In this document: positions 1 through 11,933 of the stretch, in pieces
Numbering within the stretch: position 1 is the first letter of the stretch
Layout of the letters: every line of letters starts with the position of its first letter
Origin: Amoebidium appalachense
Taxonomy: Eukaryota > Protista > Ichthyosporea
DNA length: 64,000 bases
Direction: 5' to 3'
Assembly: GCA_963693365.1 (NCBI GenBank)
Contig: CAVNZM010000014.1
Coordinates: 6,138,001 to 6,202,000 of the forward strand
Program-made: the position numbers and the translations under genes
The notes under the pieces: generated by a model
The model's database searches: none
What the model saw: the letters and a program-made list of their open reading frames with translations, nothing else
Told to the model about the DNA's origin: nothing

Positions 1-722
1 TTGCCATGCTGATACTGTCGCGGTACTCTACTACACCTGCGTTGATGCCGTAGGTCCCACCGCGCCTTGTAGTCATAGACGGATAGGCACTTCTGGTTGC
101 AACCTGCAACTCTGCACTATCTTCCTCGTCTCCTGACCCTGCCGCGTCCGAATCGCCGCTGTCCTCGCCCGCGCCGTCGCCGATAGCATCTGAATCATAT
201 CCAATGTCAGTGCCGATTGCAGGCTTCCGAAAGGAATGTTGCTTCTTGACGCTGATTGGATTCCTCGATTCCATGCTCTGCTGATTTCCGATTGGCTTAT
301 GCATCAGCAATTCCATTGGCTCATCTTGCACCACCGGAATACCGGCCTTTGGGGTGCATGATTCATCGATCACCACATCTCGCCCGACGATAGTCTTGCG
401 CGCCTCGGTGTCCCACAACAAGTACGTCTTGCTGTCACCTGTGTAGCCGACGAATTTACACTCCCGACTCTTGGCGTCTAGCTTCCTGCGCTCGTCCTTC
501 GGCACATGGACAAATGCCTTGCTACCAAATACACGTAGATGGCTAACATCGGGCTTCTCTCCATACCATGCCTCCCAAGGTGTCATGCCACCCAGTACTG
601 TGGTTGGCGTCAGGTTCTTGATGTACACAGCTGCCTGTACTGCCAGCTGCCAGAACCCCATACTCATGCCTGCTGACTGCAGCATGCAGCGCGCCGTCTC
701 GACAATGGTCCTGTTAGCCCTC
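1..722 (-). mobile_element. Ty1/Copia retrotransposon pol fragment (integrase C-terminal half, SH3-like/GKGY region and linker); runs off the window edge
   Basis: Manual translation of the minus strand gives an open frame RANRTIVETARCMLQSAGMSMGFWQLAVQAAVYIKNLTPT...TPWEAWYGEKPDVSHLRVFGSKAFVHVPKDERRKLDAKSRECKFVGY...GRDVVIDE, the canonical Copia integrase signature. Confidence 0.93.
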
Positions 723-795
723 TTCTTCATACATGGGAACTGGACATTTTGCTCTTCCCATCTTGTCTCAACAGTCGCTTGATCGTAGCGTTGCA

Positions 796-1112
796 CTGGG
801 CCCATAACCGTAACTTAGAGGTTTCTCTGTGAGACTTTATTATTTGCTGACTTACATTGACTGGCCCACCGGGACCTTTATATACTTGTGGTCTGGCTCA
901 CTGGAATGTTACATACTATTCCCGATTGGTCTACCCGCCGCTATGGATCTAGTCGCTACCAATCAGAACACTCCAACAAAATCTTCTAGACTCCTCTAGA
1001 TCTATCCTGATCTATCGTGAACCTATCCACCAGTTTATCCCGAATATCTCGAATATTCCCGATCACTAGTGCTACGCTAACGCAGGGCATACCGGATGGC
1101 TATCCTGTTCGA

Positions 1113-1114
<2 letters not shown>
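796..1114 (-). mobile_element. Primer-binding site and probable 5' LTR of the Copia element
   Basis: GGTTATGGGCCCAG on the minus strand at 809..796 matches the copia-type PBS that uses an internal fragment of tRNA-iMet. The unique sequence begins with TGTCGAACA at 1114, abutting a (CT)n tract. The LTR 3' end is not a clean CA. Confidence 0.6.
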
Positions 1115-1180
<66 letters not shown>

Positions 1181-1191
1181 CCTCTCCCCCC

Positions 1192-1241
<50 letters not shown>

Positions 1242-1392
1242 AACTGCAATTACACACCCAAACGGAAGCACAATTCGAACCCGAACACATTATTCTTTTT
1301 CCAGCGCCAACTGCGAGGTAACTGAGTATGTAGATTAGATAGTAATAGCTGTTTTATTGTGTTCCATTTGCTCACCATATGTTTCCCCACAG

Positions 1393-1584
1393 TACAAGAG
1401 GAATTTCAAGATGTACGCCAAGGCCAAACAAGAAGCAGCAAAGGCGGCAGCTATAGCTGATGCCAAAAGGGCCGCGGCTGAGGAGAAGGAGAAGAAGGCG
1501 CAGGAGGCCGGCGACCAGAACGGCGACAAGAGAGTGGATGACCCTGCACACGCCGACGCCCTGCCTGGGCAGGAGGAAGTGTGA
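1393..1584 (+). CDS. Possible terminal exon of an unidentified gene (K/A/E-rich C-terminus)
   Basis: Acceptor-like CCCCACAG at 1385-1392, then YKRNFKMYAKAKQEAAKAAAIADAKRAAAEEKEKK...stop with coding-like codon usage. No recognisable domain. Confidence 0.3.
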   Translation, partial: YKRNFKMYAKAKQEAAKAAAIADAKRAAAEEKEKKAQEAGDQNGDKRVDDPAHADALPGQEEV

Positions 1585-1673
1585 ACTCTAGTGATAGGCA
1601 CAAGTAGAAATTATTAGTACGAAACTATTTTTTATTGTGATTTTTACTTGGTGCTTTTAGTGTCAGCCAAAAT

Positions 1674-2862
1674 TGTTGGAGTGCAGACTTACGCTCACTC
1701 CACTATATGTGTATGTTAGCTTTACAATTGGTTCCGTGTACATAGACACATGCTGACACTCGATCACCACATGCACATCTGCATAGTTGAGGAATGTTGC
1801 CAATTGTGTTTTGACTGCAAACGATTGGTTCACTGGTCCCAGAGATATCTAAATGAAAGTAACCAATCCGATTAGCGCCTGGCATCCGGATTACATTCCA
1901 GACTGCTGCCCCACGGGTATATAAGCCACGTCTCTGCCAGGTGCAGACATGGAGTTAAGTCATGGAGTTAAGTCATGGAGTTCAGTCATGGAGTTAAGTC
2001 ATGGAGTTAAGTCATGGAGTTCAGTCATGGAGTTAACACACTGAAAGCAGTAAAAAACGGGTCAGCGCCCAAGCGCGCCACGACGACCCTAGTCACAGCG
2101 GACTCTACTTCCAACAGGGTTATGGGCCCAGACACGACACCGCGGCCTCTAACTTCACGTCCCCTACGACGCCTTGAACGGAGGAGCCCAGAAACCGACT
2201 TCTAGGCTGTACCCTACACCCGCGAGCGTATTTCCGTGAAGTAGAGACTTTCGCTTCCACAAACTCCATCCGCAGCAGCCTGCGACATCAACGTCAAGTA
2301 TTCCACTTCATTGGCGGGGCACGCACCACAGTGGAATGCACACCCCGGTCTACCCTGCAAGCAGCCACACTCACTCTCTCTTCTCTAGTGGTGTGTACAC
2401 TTCTCCAATTGGGTAGGGGTGTTGGAGTGCAGACTTACGCTCACTCCACTATATGTGTATGTTAGCTTTACAATTGGTTCCGTGTACATAGACACATGCT
2501 GACACTCGATCACCACATGCACATCTGCATAGTTGAGGAATGTTGCCAATTGTGTTTTGACTGCAAACGATTGGTTCACTGGTCCCAGAGATATCTAAAT
2601 GAAAGTAACCAATCCGATTAGCGCCTGGCATCCGGATTACATTCCAGACTGCTGCCCCACGGGTATATAAGCCACGTCTCTGCCAGGTGCAGACATGGAG
2701 TTAAGTCATGGAGTTAAGTCATGGAGTTCAGTCATGGAGTTAAGTCATGGAGTTAAGTCATGGAGTTCAGTCATGGAGTTAACACACTGAAAGCAGTAAA
2801 AAACGGGTCAGCGCCCAAGCGCGCCACGACGACCCTAGTCACAGCGGACTCTACTTCCAACA
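1674..2862 (+). mobile_element. TRIM (miniature non-autonomous LTR retrotransposon), Copia-type PBS
   Basis: Two apparently identical 443-bp LTRs (1674..2116 and 2420..2862) with TGTTGGA...TCCAACA termini. PBS GGTTATGGGCCCAG at 2118..2131, purine tract GGGTAGGGG at 2411..2419, 5-bp TSD AAAAT at 1669..1673 and 2863..2867. The 303-bp interior has no recognisable coding capacity. Confidence 0.95.
1948..2036 (+). repeat. 13-bp tandem repeat CATGGAGTT(A/C)AGT inside the LTR (second copy at about 2694..2782)
   Basis: About 7 units read directly, just downstream of a TATATAA box at about 1918..1924. Confidence 0.9.
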
Positions 2863-3137
2863 AAAATAATAAGGAAAATGTTGTTACTTTAGATTCTGAA
2901 CAATACATGTGTGTGTGTGTCTTTGTCTTTGTGTATGTGTGTCTTTATTTTATTTTAGAAAATAGAAAGTACGAAACCATGGTGACTTAGATTTTTCTTG
3001 GTGTTTTGGTGTCAGCCAACACAATAAAGAAAATCTTCTGACTTCAGATTCTGAACAATGCATGGGTATATAAGTAATAGGGGGTGGGTAGGGGGAACGG
3101 AAGGGGGGATATGGGGGGAAGGGGGGGGGGAGGGGAG

Positions 3138-3180
<43 letters not shown>

Positions 3181-4624
3181 GTCGACAGAGTGAGTCGGTA
3201 CATATTAGTGTTCAATGAATGCTGGGCATGTACATTCAAAAGTTACTCATGTCGTAATAGTAGGGTATTCTCGAATGTATTGTGTGAATAATTGTGGGCG
3301 ACCACGAACAATTTATGAATACCAATAAACACACAATGTGAACATCTCTATACTGTTCTTACAATGCCCCGTGAACATACACGAATGTCAAATTCGTGTA
3401 TATAAATTTATTACGAGTATGGTCGAAAAATACTGCCTGAATATGTTGTTAGTGTCCAAAAAAGTATTCATTTGCACTAAACATGCTGTTCTACGAACGC
3501 CTTTATGGCATCCGTTTGTGTTCAAATAAGGTATCTTATGGTACCCTTGGGCATTCGTGAGATGCTATTTGAGTACATATGTGTGCACCGAATAACGTTC
3601 GCAGTTACTATTCATGAACACATATGTCGTACTCTGATCGTGTTTGTGGAGTATTTTCGAAACATTCACATAGTGTATTCGTGGACGTTCCAGTGTCACT
3701 GAACGGGTATTTATAAAGCACTCCACATGTACCCCATATACACAAATATGTATTCCAACTGAATGTCTGGTCATGTACGCGTATGTACGTGTATACTCAG
3801 AACACGGTGTCCATGTGGTATGAATACGGTATCTATGGTGCATTCATACGGTATCTAGTGTGCATTCACAAGGCACTTGGGCATGTATTCATGTAGTATT
3901 CGGCTAGGTACACACATATACCATGTGGTGTCAGGTGGCATTCGAATAGGTATCCATATACGATTCACTGAATGTACGAATTTTTGAACATTTTTGGACA
4001 TTCAAGTGTTCAAAATGTGTACGAGGACACAATTTAACGGGGGGGTGGGGTTTGCTGATGGCCTGAGCGCCGCGCATGACGTCGATGATTTTGCCGGCCA
4101 ATCTGTTTTTGTATTGTGCCTGCCGCTTGCTCAGTTGTTTGGTGGGTAGGTGGCTCAACGACACGAACTCTTCCACTGTAGCTTGATGGATTCGTAGAGT
4201 GCATCGTGCGAGAGCCGGGTTGTAGACATGGTGGGTTCAATGTGATTATGATTTGATGGTAGCCGAGGACCCCTACCCTTGTTTCAAGTTGAACGTTTGG
4301 CTGCTCGGCGCCCGGGTGGTCCGCCGCGCTTTATAGAACCTACGGTCTGGGTCATGGTACGCTTCGTCGGCCTTCCGCTTGCGGCTGGATTCCGGTCTCT
4401 GTCTCATGCCCATGAGAATGTTGGCGGCGTACAAGTCCTTGTCCAGTTCAGTCATAGCGTCCAGATCTAACTGGGCGATGTGACTTTCAGAAGCAGTCTG
4501 GACTCTAGCACGCTCGCTTACCCACACCTTTCGCATATCCCTAGGATGCCTCAGCACCTCCAACTGTCGATCCGATAAATTTTGCCCACCCAAAAGGCTG
4601 AGGACATATTGCGCAGCCCCTTGA

Positions 4625-5565
4625 CTACATAGGTCCGGTGGTCCCACTCGGGGTCTGGTGCATTTGGGTCCATGCTGCCTTTGTAGAGCACGTTACCACC
4701 ACGCCCATATTGGTCGCCAAAGTTGGTGGACTTGTACAGAAATATGTCATTGCGCGTCTGGACGTGATCCCCGGGCCTAATAACGTGTAATGCTTGCGGT
4801 AATCCAGCATGCGACGTCGGAACAGCTCGAGGCGAAGGCGTCGCTCATTGTGCCTGGTAACAAATGCAGGCGGCTTACCATGATGCGCATGATGTCTCAC
4901 ATAGTTGTACTCTTGCTCCAAATCCAACCACCTACGTGTTCTTACCAAGTCAAACCCTGCTGTGCCGGCGTCCATCAGATGTCGTGCTATCATCTTACGC
5001 AATATTTTATTGAAAGACTCAATAGGACTCATCTTCCACTTGTCGCCCGTGTTACAACAATGTGCACGATGTTAAGAGTATTGAGTTTGGTGGCAAACAG
5101 GGCCGTGAATTCGGTGCCCGCATCAGTCACTACTAGCAGCTTATAACGGTGGACGCTGTCTGATGTGTCGTAGTCGGTGTGTTTTGATTTGAATCCCATG
5201 AACTTCGACGCTTTCGTTCTCAGGTCTGTACGCAGGTCCTTGCATTTGGTATAATCTTGCCAGGCATTTTCAAACCCTCTAGCAGTATCCGCTGATGACT
5301 TGGATGGCAAAGGTTCCCACACGCCACGTTTGGACGTTGGGTCGATCACTGTGAGAAAGTACCCACACCCACCGTTGTGGGCAGCAAGGTCAAACACAAC
5401 AGGCCTACGTCTATGAACGGAAGGTATGCCAATGCTCGGTTCGCTGGTGTTGTACCGGGTCTCCACTACTTTGGGTGTGTATACCCATGATCTTAATGAT
5501 AAGATATCCGCATAGAGGGTTTCGTGTGCATAGCAGTGGGTGGTCAGCGGGTTTGTTGGTCCCAT
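4625..5565 (-). pseudogene. Frameshifted rve-type DDE integrase resembling Maverick/Polinton-class integrases
   Basis: Two overlapping ORFs (5029..5565 and 4625..5032) join to give VFDLA..NGGCGYFLTVIDPTSK..WEPLPSKS..VTDAGTEF..NIVHI..PIESFNKILRKMI..RWLDL..YN..H..HGKPP. This has a D-D(~35)-E triad and motifs typical of Polinton integrases. Confidence 0.75.
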
Positions 5566-6248
5566 TCACGTTGGTTTTAACAAGGGTATGGGAAAAGAAA
5601 AATGGACATTTTGCATAACATCACTGCGGCTCAGCCTGCAGAGTGGTAACGTTGTTTATTGCAACAAATCATCGTAGAGCACTTATTCGCGGAACAGGAT
5701 CATCTTGATGATCGGTCCGTCAGCCAAGCTAATGCACGCCATCGGCACTGCCGATATGGAGCACGGCAAAGTCCTGTGAAGGCGGAGCAAAATGGCCAGG
5801 AATGTAGTAGATGTTGTAACAGTTGGCGTCCTGGGCTGTGGAAAGCCCAAGCTGAGCCATTAAAGTAGGTGGAAAGCCTGAGCCCTGGCTCACGCCGCAT
5901 AGAGTGATCTGTTGTTGGCGTTTGCCTTGCTTGGGCCTGTCGATGGCGTCCACTGCCACCATTTCCGCAAAATTGACTAGGTCGATGACCGATGCACACG
6001 TCATCAGTACAAGAAGACGTTCATCCAAACTCCCGGAACGCTGCGGAGCAGTTTGACGTTGTGTGTGGAACCATTCGGCACGTAGGCTATGCTGCAGGTC
6101 AGCGAAGTTCAGCATCTTGATCGTCACAGTCACACTTGTTGCAAACTTGCAGTCATCAGTAGCGCCGTTCCTGCAACGGTATCTTTCAACTTTAGGCTTT
6201 GGTGTTGGGGTGGACAACTGATGCCAGAATGACTGCTTATATACCAGG

Positions 6249-6915
6249 ACGGCACGGACGGCCACTGGGGCCGGGAACGGACACGGGGCACGGGGCACGG
6301 CCCGGGGGCACGGGGTACGGGGCACGGGGCACGGGGCACGGGGCACGGGGCACGGGGCACGGGCCCGGGGCATGGGGCACGGGGCGCGGGGTGCGGGCAC
6401 GGACACGGGCACGCTGCGGGGCATGGGGCGCGGGGCACGGGCACGGCGGGGCGCGGGCACGGGCACGGGGCGCGGGCACGGGCACGGCGGGGCACGGGCA
6501 TGGGCACGGGCACGGCACGGACACAGGCATGGGCACCGGGCCCACGGGCACGGGCACGGGGCGCAGGGCACGGGGTATGGGGCACGGGGCACGGGCACAG
6601 GGCACGGGGCACGGGACACGGGGCACGAGGCACGGGGCACGGGGCACGGGGCGCGGGGCGCGGCACGAACACGGGCACGGGGACGCAGGCACGGGCACGG
6701 GGACGCAGCCACGGGCACGGGGCGCGGGCACGGGACACAGGAAATGGAGGTACGCCCGGACGCAGGCACGGGCGGCGGGCACAGCGCACAGGCACGGGCA
6801 CGGGGCGCGGGGCACGGGCACGGCGGGGCACGGGCACAGGGCACAGGGCAGGCACGGGGCACGGTGCAACGGATACCGGGCCACTGGGGCACGGACGACC
6901 ACTGGGGACTGGACA
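6249..6915. repeat. GC-rich minisatellite of GGGCAC / GGGGCAC units
   Basis: About 650 bp of degenerate 6-7-mer repeats; it accounts for several stop-free ORFs in multiple frames. Confidence 0.95.
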
Positions 6916-7041
6916 CGTACAGCCATAAAAGCCAGTACGGTAGATCGTGTATGAACTTCGTGGATAGTTTCACTTCCAAAGACACCGTACTAACGCCCCC
7001 GGGCCGATACTTTATCGCAACCGTTCTCTACGACCAGCAAG

Positions 7042-7548
7042 ATGTTACAGTGGAATGCCGTCGTGAAGATGATGGAGGGATGGATTCGTGAACGCTGCAT
7101 GACATCCAGCACTGAGGTGATGCCGCACATTTACGATTACGACGCACTCAAGGGGGATATGTTGAGAAAGTTTTTCAGGGATGTTTTGCAGGATCTGAAC
7201 AACCCTCAGACAGAGCGCAAGCTCAGGTTTTGCAACCACGTCCCACTTGGACCTGTGTTCAAGCTCGAGTTATCACATGTCAACAACAATGCCAGTGGAT
7301 TTTACGGCATTGTTTACGTGCCAATGTCATCCCGTCAGACCACCATGATGAGTAAGTCCAACGCTGCACAGGTCAACCCCAATGACCCCATGGTCTGGGT
7401 CTTTATGCAAGACCCTGTCGATGGCTCCACCAAACACAGCCCTGCCTTTCAGCTGACCCTCAACGATATCCGGCATTTGAGTTCCTACGTTCCATTGTCT
7501 CACGCACAGAAGCATGGAATCACCATTCTCAAAATCCAATCTAGCTAG
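7042..7548 (+). CDS. Hypothetical protein (168 aa), possibly part of the decayed element at 4.2-7.5 kb
   Basis: Non-repetitive ORF with globular-protein-like composition. No domain recognised and the start is uncertain. Confidence 0.3.
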   Translation: MLQWNAVVKMMEGWIRERCMTSSTEVMPHIYDYDALKGDMLRKFFRDVLQDLNNPQTERKLRFCNHVPLGPVFKLELSHVNNNASGFYGIVYVPMSSRQTTMMSKSNAAQVNPNDPMVWVFMQDPVDGSTKHSPAFQLTLNDIRHLSSYVPLSHAQKHGITILKIQSS

Positions 7549-7586
7549 CGCTCTTTACCCCAGTGACATCATGATGCAGCAGGCGT

Positions 7587-7754
<168 letters not shown>

Positions 7755-8265
7755 TTGGTTTTATCATGCATTACATATATCAACTCATACTGTTACATGT
7801 TTCCGAGTATGTAGTAGTCAGAGTTTACTAACATACAGATTACATTAATATCGGTGACACGTTATAAGCTGATTCATTAATTACGGCAATTCAGTCTCTT
7901 ACCGTAGTACATCGCCACACCCTCTTCTTTTCAATAAATAATGTACATGTCGCTGTGCGGCAGCCTGTGCCGAGTGAACATATGAGTTTTGATTGGTTGT
8001 CATGCAGGGCGGGGTTTGAACAGCCCCAGCACGTCCCCCCCTAGCCCCTAGACTGCACCTTTGCACCAGCCTAATCCGGGTCAAGTAGGGTGATGCGGGC
8101 CGGGTCGCCCGTGTGCACCAGTCCGCGGCCTGGCTGAATCTCGCGGGTCGGGTCGGGGGCATGGCACATTCGATGCATCGTGACGTGTGACGCGGGTTCG
8201 GGTCAGGGCCGCACCGCTTCGGTCAGGTCGGCTCATCCGACAATGGCCGGCCGGTCCGAAAAAAG

Positions 8266-8556
8266 CACGGCCCTCTTAGAGTAATATGCTAAAGCCCTAT
8301 AGCACAAAGTTTTGACATAGTGTACATAATAGTGCAGCTGAGTCTCAGTATAGTTGTATCTATTGAGTAGTTCACGTTTACACAAACACGGCCGTGAGCA
8401 AAGATCTACTACAAAACTAGAACTCATCTTTGCGTATATTCTCTCAAAGGTGTTTCTATCCACTAGGTAACTAGGTAACATAATACTACCTGTATGTCAA
8501 GTATTAGAACGTCTATCTCCTGCAACACTAACCACCAACCAGTAAACACTGTGTAG

Positions 8557-8601
<45 letters not shown>

Positions 8602-9282
8602 CAAACCGTTCCCTCACACCTCTACCTACTGGCAAAAAAAGGAAAGAAAGGGTTAAAAAACACTGACAAAGCTGCTAGAGATCTGCTTCCTCCAAATACG
8701 CTTCTACCATCCAATCGTACTCCGCCTCTGCTGCCTCCAGTGCAGCCACCAGCTCGTCATCGTTTCCCTCCATCTCCCACTCGACGGTGGGTGGTTCCGC
8801 CGTGGTTGTTTTGTTTTCACCTTTCTTTCGCTTTTTCCTCCCTTCGCCTCCCTTTTCCTCTGTTTTGCTCTCCTTTTTCTTCTTTGCTGGTTTTGTCGAC
8901 GGCTTGCTCTGCTTGCTTCTCTGATTTTATAGACGTGGCCCCAGATGGTGTTGTTGTAGAGTGGGAGAATGGTCTCGATGGTGATCGTTTTGCGTTTGCT
9001 GTTGAGCGCCGTGTTCATGTTGTCGAACAGCTGTGTTACACTTGTGCCCGTCTGCACTGCCAGCTTTGCCAGCTTCTGCACCCGTATCCTTTTGACGGCC
9101 TGGAGAGTCTGTTCATAGAGGTGAGTTTATTGTGTGATTTGTGTATATATAGATGGCACGTGGCTATAAAAGTTATAACACACTATGGTGCGGGCGCGCA
9201 AGCAGTGTATCATAGCATATCTTCATGTGTACACAAGCATGGTTTAGGTATATCTGCATGGGGTTGTGTATGTATGGTGTGT

Positions 9283-9339
<57 letters not shown>

Positions 9340-9343
9340 ATAC

Positions 9344-9398
<55 letters not shown>

Positions 9399-9924
9399 TG
9401 TATGTGTGTCTGTGTGTCTGTGTGTTTGTATGTGTGTGTGTGCGTGTACGTGTGTGCATTTTTGTGGTTTGAGTTCAACAAACCCCCCCCCCCCCCTAAT
9501 TTCATTTTTCGTTCAGTTTTCTTTGCACCCTTTCTTTTCACCACACTCCTTTTATCCTGATACCCCCCCCCCCCCCCCCCCCCATTCTGCATCGTGTTAT
9601 CCGTTTGTTCTTGTGTACTTCGTACTTTTTGACGCATTCAAACCCCCCCCCCCTCCCCTCCTCCTCCAACCCCTTCTTCCGTCCCTGCCTCTCTCGCTAT
9701 CTCCCCCCCCCTTTTTTTTTCTCCTGATTATTTTATTCCCCGGGCCCACCATGTCATGACACCACTATCCCATAATTAAGGTCAATCACCAAATCATCCT
9801 ATATCTGTTCTGTCTCTATTCTTTGTAATGCTGTATGAATCGTGACTGTGTGTGTGATGTATCTCTTGTGTTTCACTGTGGCAGGCAGTGGGTGGGTGGC
9901 TGAGTAGGGTAGGGGTGGGGGGGT

Positions 9925-9966
<42 letters not shown>

Positions 9967-10262
9967 TCCAGGAGGGGAGGTACCCACCTGTGCTGTCCCA
10001 ACGTTGTAGTTCCCACCGCTGTACTGTCGAATTGTGCCAAAAGCACCCTCAAGGGGGGTCGGTTTGAAACTTTCTGGTGAGTACAAAGTTGAGCTTCTCG
10101 CCGCTCACGCCGCTGTCCAGGAGATAGCGGATGAAACTGGCCTGCAAATAAAAAGTCAGCAAAATCTGTGTGGCACCACATTTGACTACGCTTGGCATGT
10201 GAAAAACCATATGGAAAAGCCCCCCCCCCTCCCCCCCTCCCCACCCACCCATCCCGACACAG

Positions 10263-10294
<32 letters not shown>

Positions 10295-10382
10295 AGACAC
10301 GCACACAAACACACTGATGCGCGCGCGCACACACACACGTGTCACACACACACACACACACAGTGTCACACACAGACACACA

Positions 10383-10421
<39 letters not shown>

Positions 10422-10737
10422 CAGTGACACACGCTTTATGCCGGTCGACTCCTCATGTGACATCGTGTGTTGGGGGGGGGGGGGGGGGGGGGAGGGGGTG
10501 AGGGGGGTGTTTATCTATCCAGTCAAGGGGAGGGGGAAGAAGGGGGTGGGGGGGTGGGGGGGGGCTGCTTATTTCTCAACGCAATAGAAATGAATAAGTC
10601 TCACGTGTTTGGGGGGGGGGGGGGGGGGGGGGGTATGGAGGGGGGTTCAAGATTGAAATTTTCGGTTTATTCTGTTGTTTCGTGTACGAAGGGGGATGTA
10701 GTGGTGCTATGGCGTGACCATGGTGGAGAGAGAGAAT

Positions 10738-10768
<31 letters not shown>

Positions 10769-10865
10769 GGCTGTGTTGTTTAGTGCACGAGGGCTGGGAA
10801 GAGGGCACACCGGAGGGGATTTTGGAATTTCAGTGTGTTTTTCATCCTCCTTTCTGCCTTTTTTT

Positions 10866-10896
<31 letters not shown>

Positions 10897-11933
10897 TGAG
10901 GGGGAGCGGCTTGAGGACATTGGAGGGGATTTTGAGGGGGGGGGGGGGGGGGTACCATTGTCTTGCTCGTAAACGCCAGCGACCACTGCGTTTCCTCCGT
11001 AAAACCCCCCTCGCGAGTGGGCATGCTCACCAGTGGGCATGCTCACCACCCACTCAGCGAATTTCTCCAGCCAAATCAGCCGCTGGTCACTGCTGCTGGT
11101 GAATGCAGCACACCATTGGTCCATTTTGCGCGCCGCATACGTGGTGGTACCGATGTTCATAAGCTTCCACCACCGTGCGATTTGTTTTAGGAAGTTTGGG
11201 GTGAACTTAAACAGGGGTCCATCGACCACGTGGTTGTCGAGCGCAGCAATGGTGGACTCGTGGAACACAGCCAAAGCTGGCCCCACCTTCTGCTTGTCGA
11301 AGTTGTTGGGCCAGAGAACGGTGGGTGTGAGTTTGAAGGCCTCCTTGAGTGCCTGCCCGCGTTCAGACTCGTAGATAGTCTGCATATGCCGAAAACATGC
11401 CGTCCCCACCCTCGAATGAGAGATCGATTTTTTGACCGTTGATCTCCCACACAAAAGTGAACCCACTGCGGGTCGAAGTTATCAGGCCACTGCCTCGGCA
11501 CAGCACGTAGCCACGCACTGTGAAGGTTCCGTGTTTCTTCGCGTAGTGTCTCGCTTTTAATGCGCCCGTCGTTTGGGTTGGGGAATTTGTAAACGAAAAC
11601 CTTGTTTTGGTCGTCGTAGTTGCCTCTGCAGCCTGGAACACTGCATATGATACCGACTTTGTTGCTACGCAGACCGTTACTCCTCTTCTTATCCATTCCA
11701 GGCGCGGGAGGAGCAGCTCCCTCCATAGGGCCAGTCCCGCCGTCAGCCATGTTACCGATGTCTCCGTCACTGAACCAAAAAAAGCGAGACGTAAACGAAA
11801 AACAACAACATACATGTTCTGTGCCGGCATCTCGTTTAGGGCCGGAATCCAGTGGATTGAAATACCACGAGCACAATGGAATGCGATTTTATGACGTAAT
11901 CTATCCAGGCCGTCTTTTTTTCAGAGGGCCGTG
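8266..11933 (-). mobile_element. P-element superfamily DNA transposon, internally deleted
   Basis: 11-bp TIRs CACGGCCCTCT (8266..8276) and AGAGGGCCGTG (11923..11933) are flanked by the 8-bp TSD GAAAAAAG (8258..8265 and 11934..11941). The element encodes THAP and P-transposase fragments. Confidence 0.92.
8704..11750 (-). pseudogene. THAP-domain P-element (THAP9-like) transposase, spliced and disrupted
   Basis: THAP motif ICSVPGCRGNY..VYKFP..W.RAVPR from ATG 11750. GTP-binding region AFKLTPTVLWPNNFDKQKVGPALAVFHESTIAAL..FLKQIARWWKLMN. Exon at about 10141..9987 carries [28 protein letters not shown] (catalytic E motif). Lesions: the N-terminal catalytic core is missing, a 16-bp duplication at 11016..11047, and an extra base in the G run at 10053..10058. 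The 3' end is approximate. Confidence 0.85.

Noticed and set aside
5729-7091. Long Pro/Cys/Arg- or Gly/His/Thr-rich ORFs in several frames
   Set aside because: They are stop-free only because they cross the GGGCAC minisatellite.
8000-8257. hAT-like subterminal CGGGTC repeats left of the P element
   Set aside because: No matching second end, TIR pair or TSD found.
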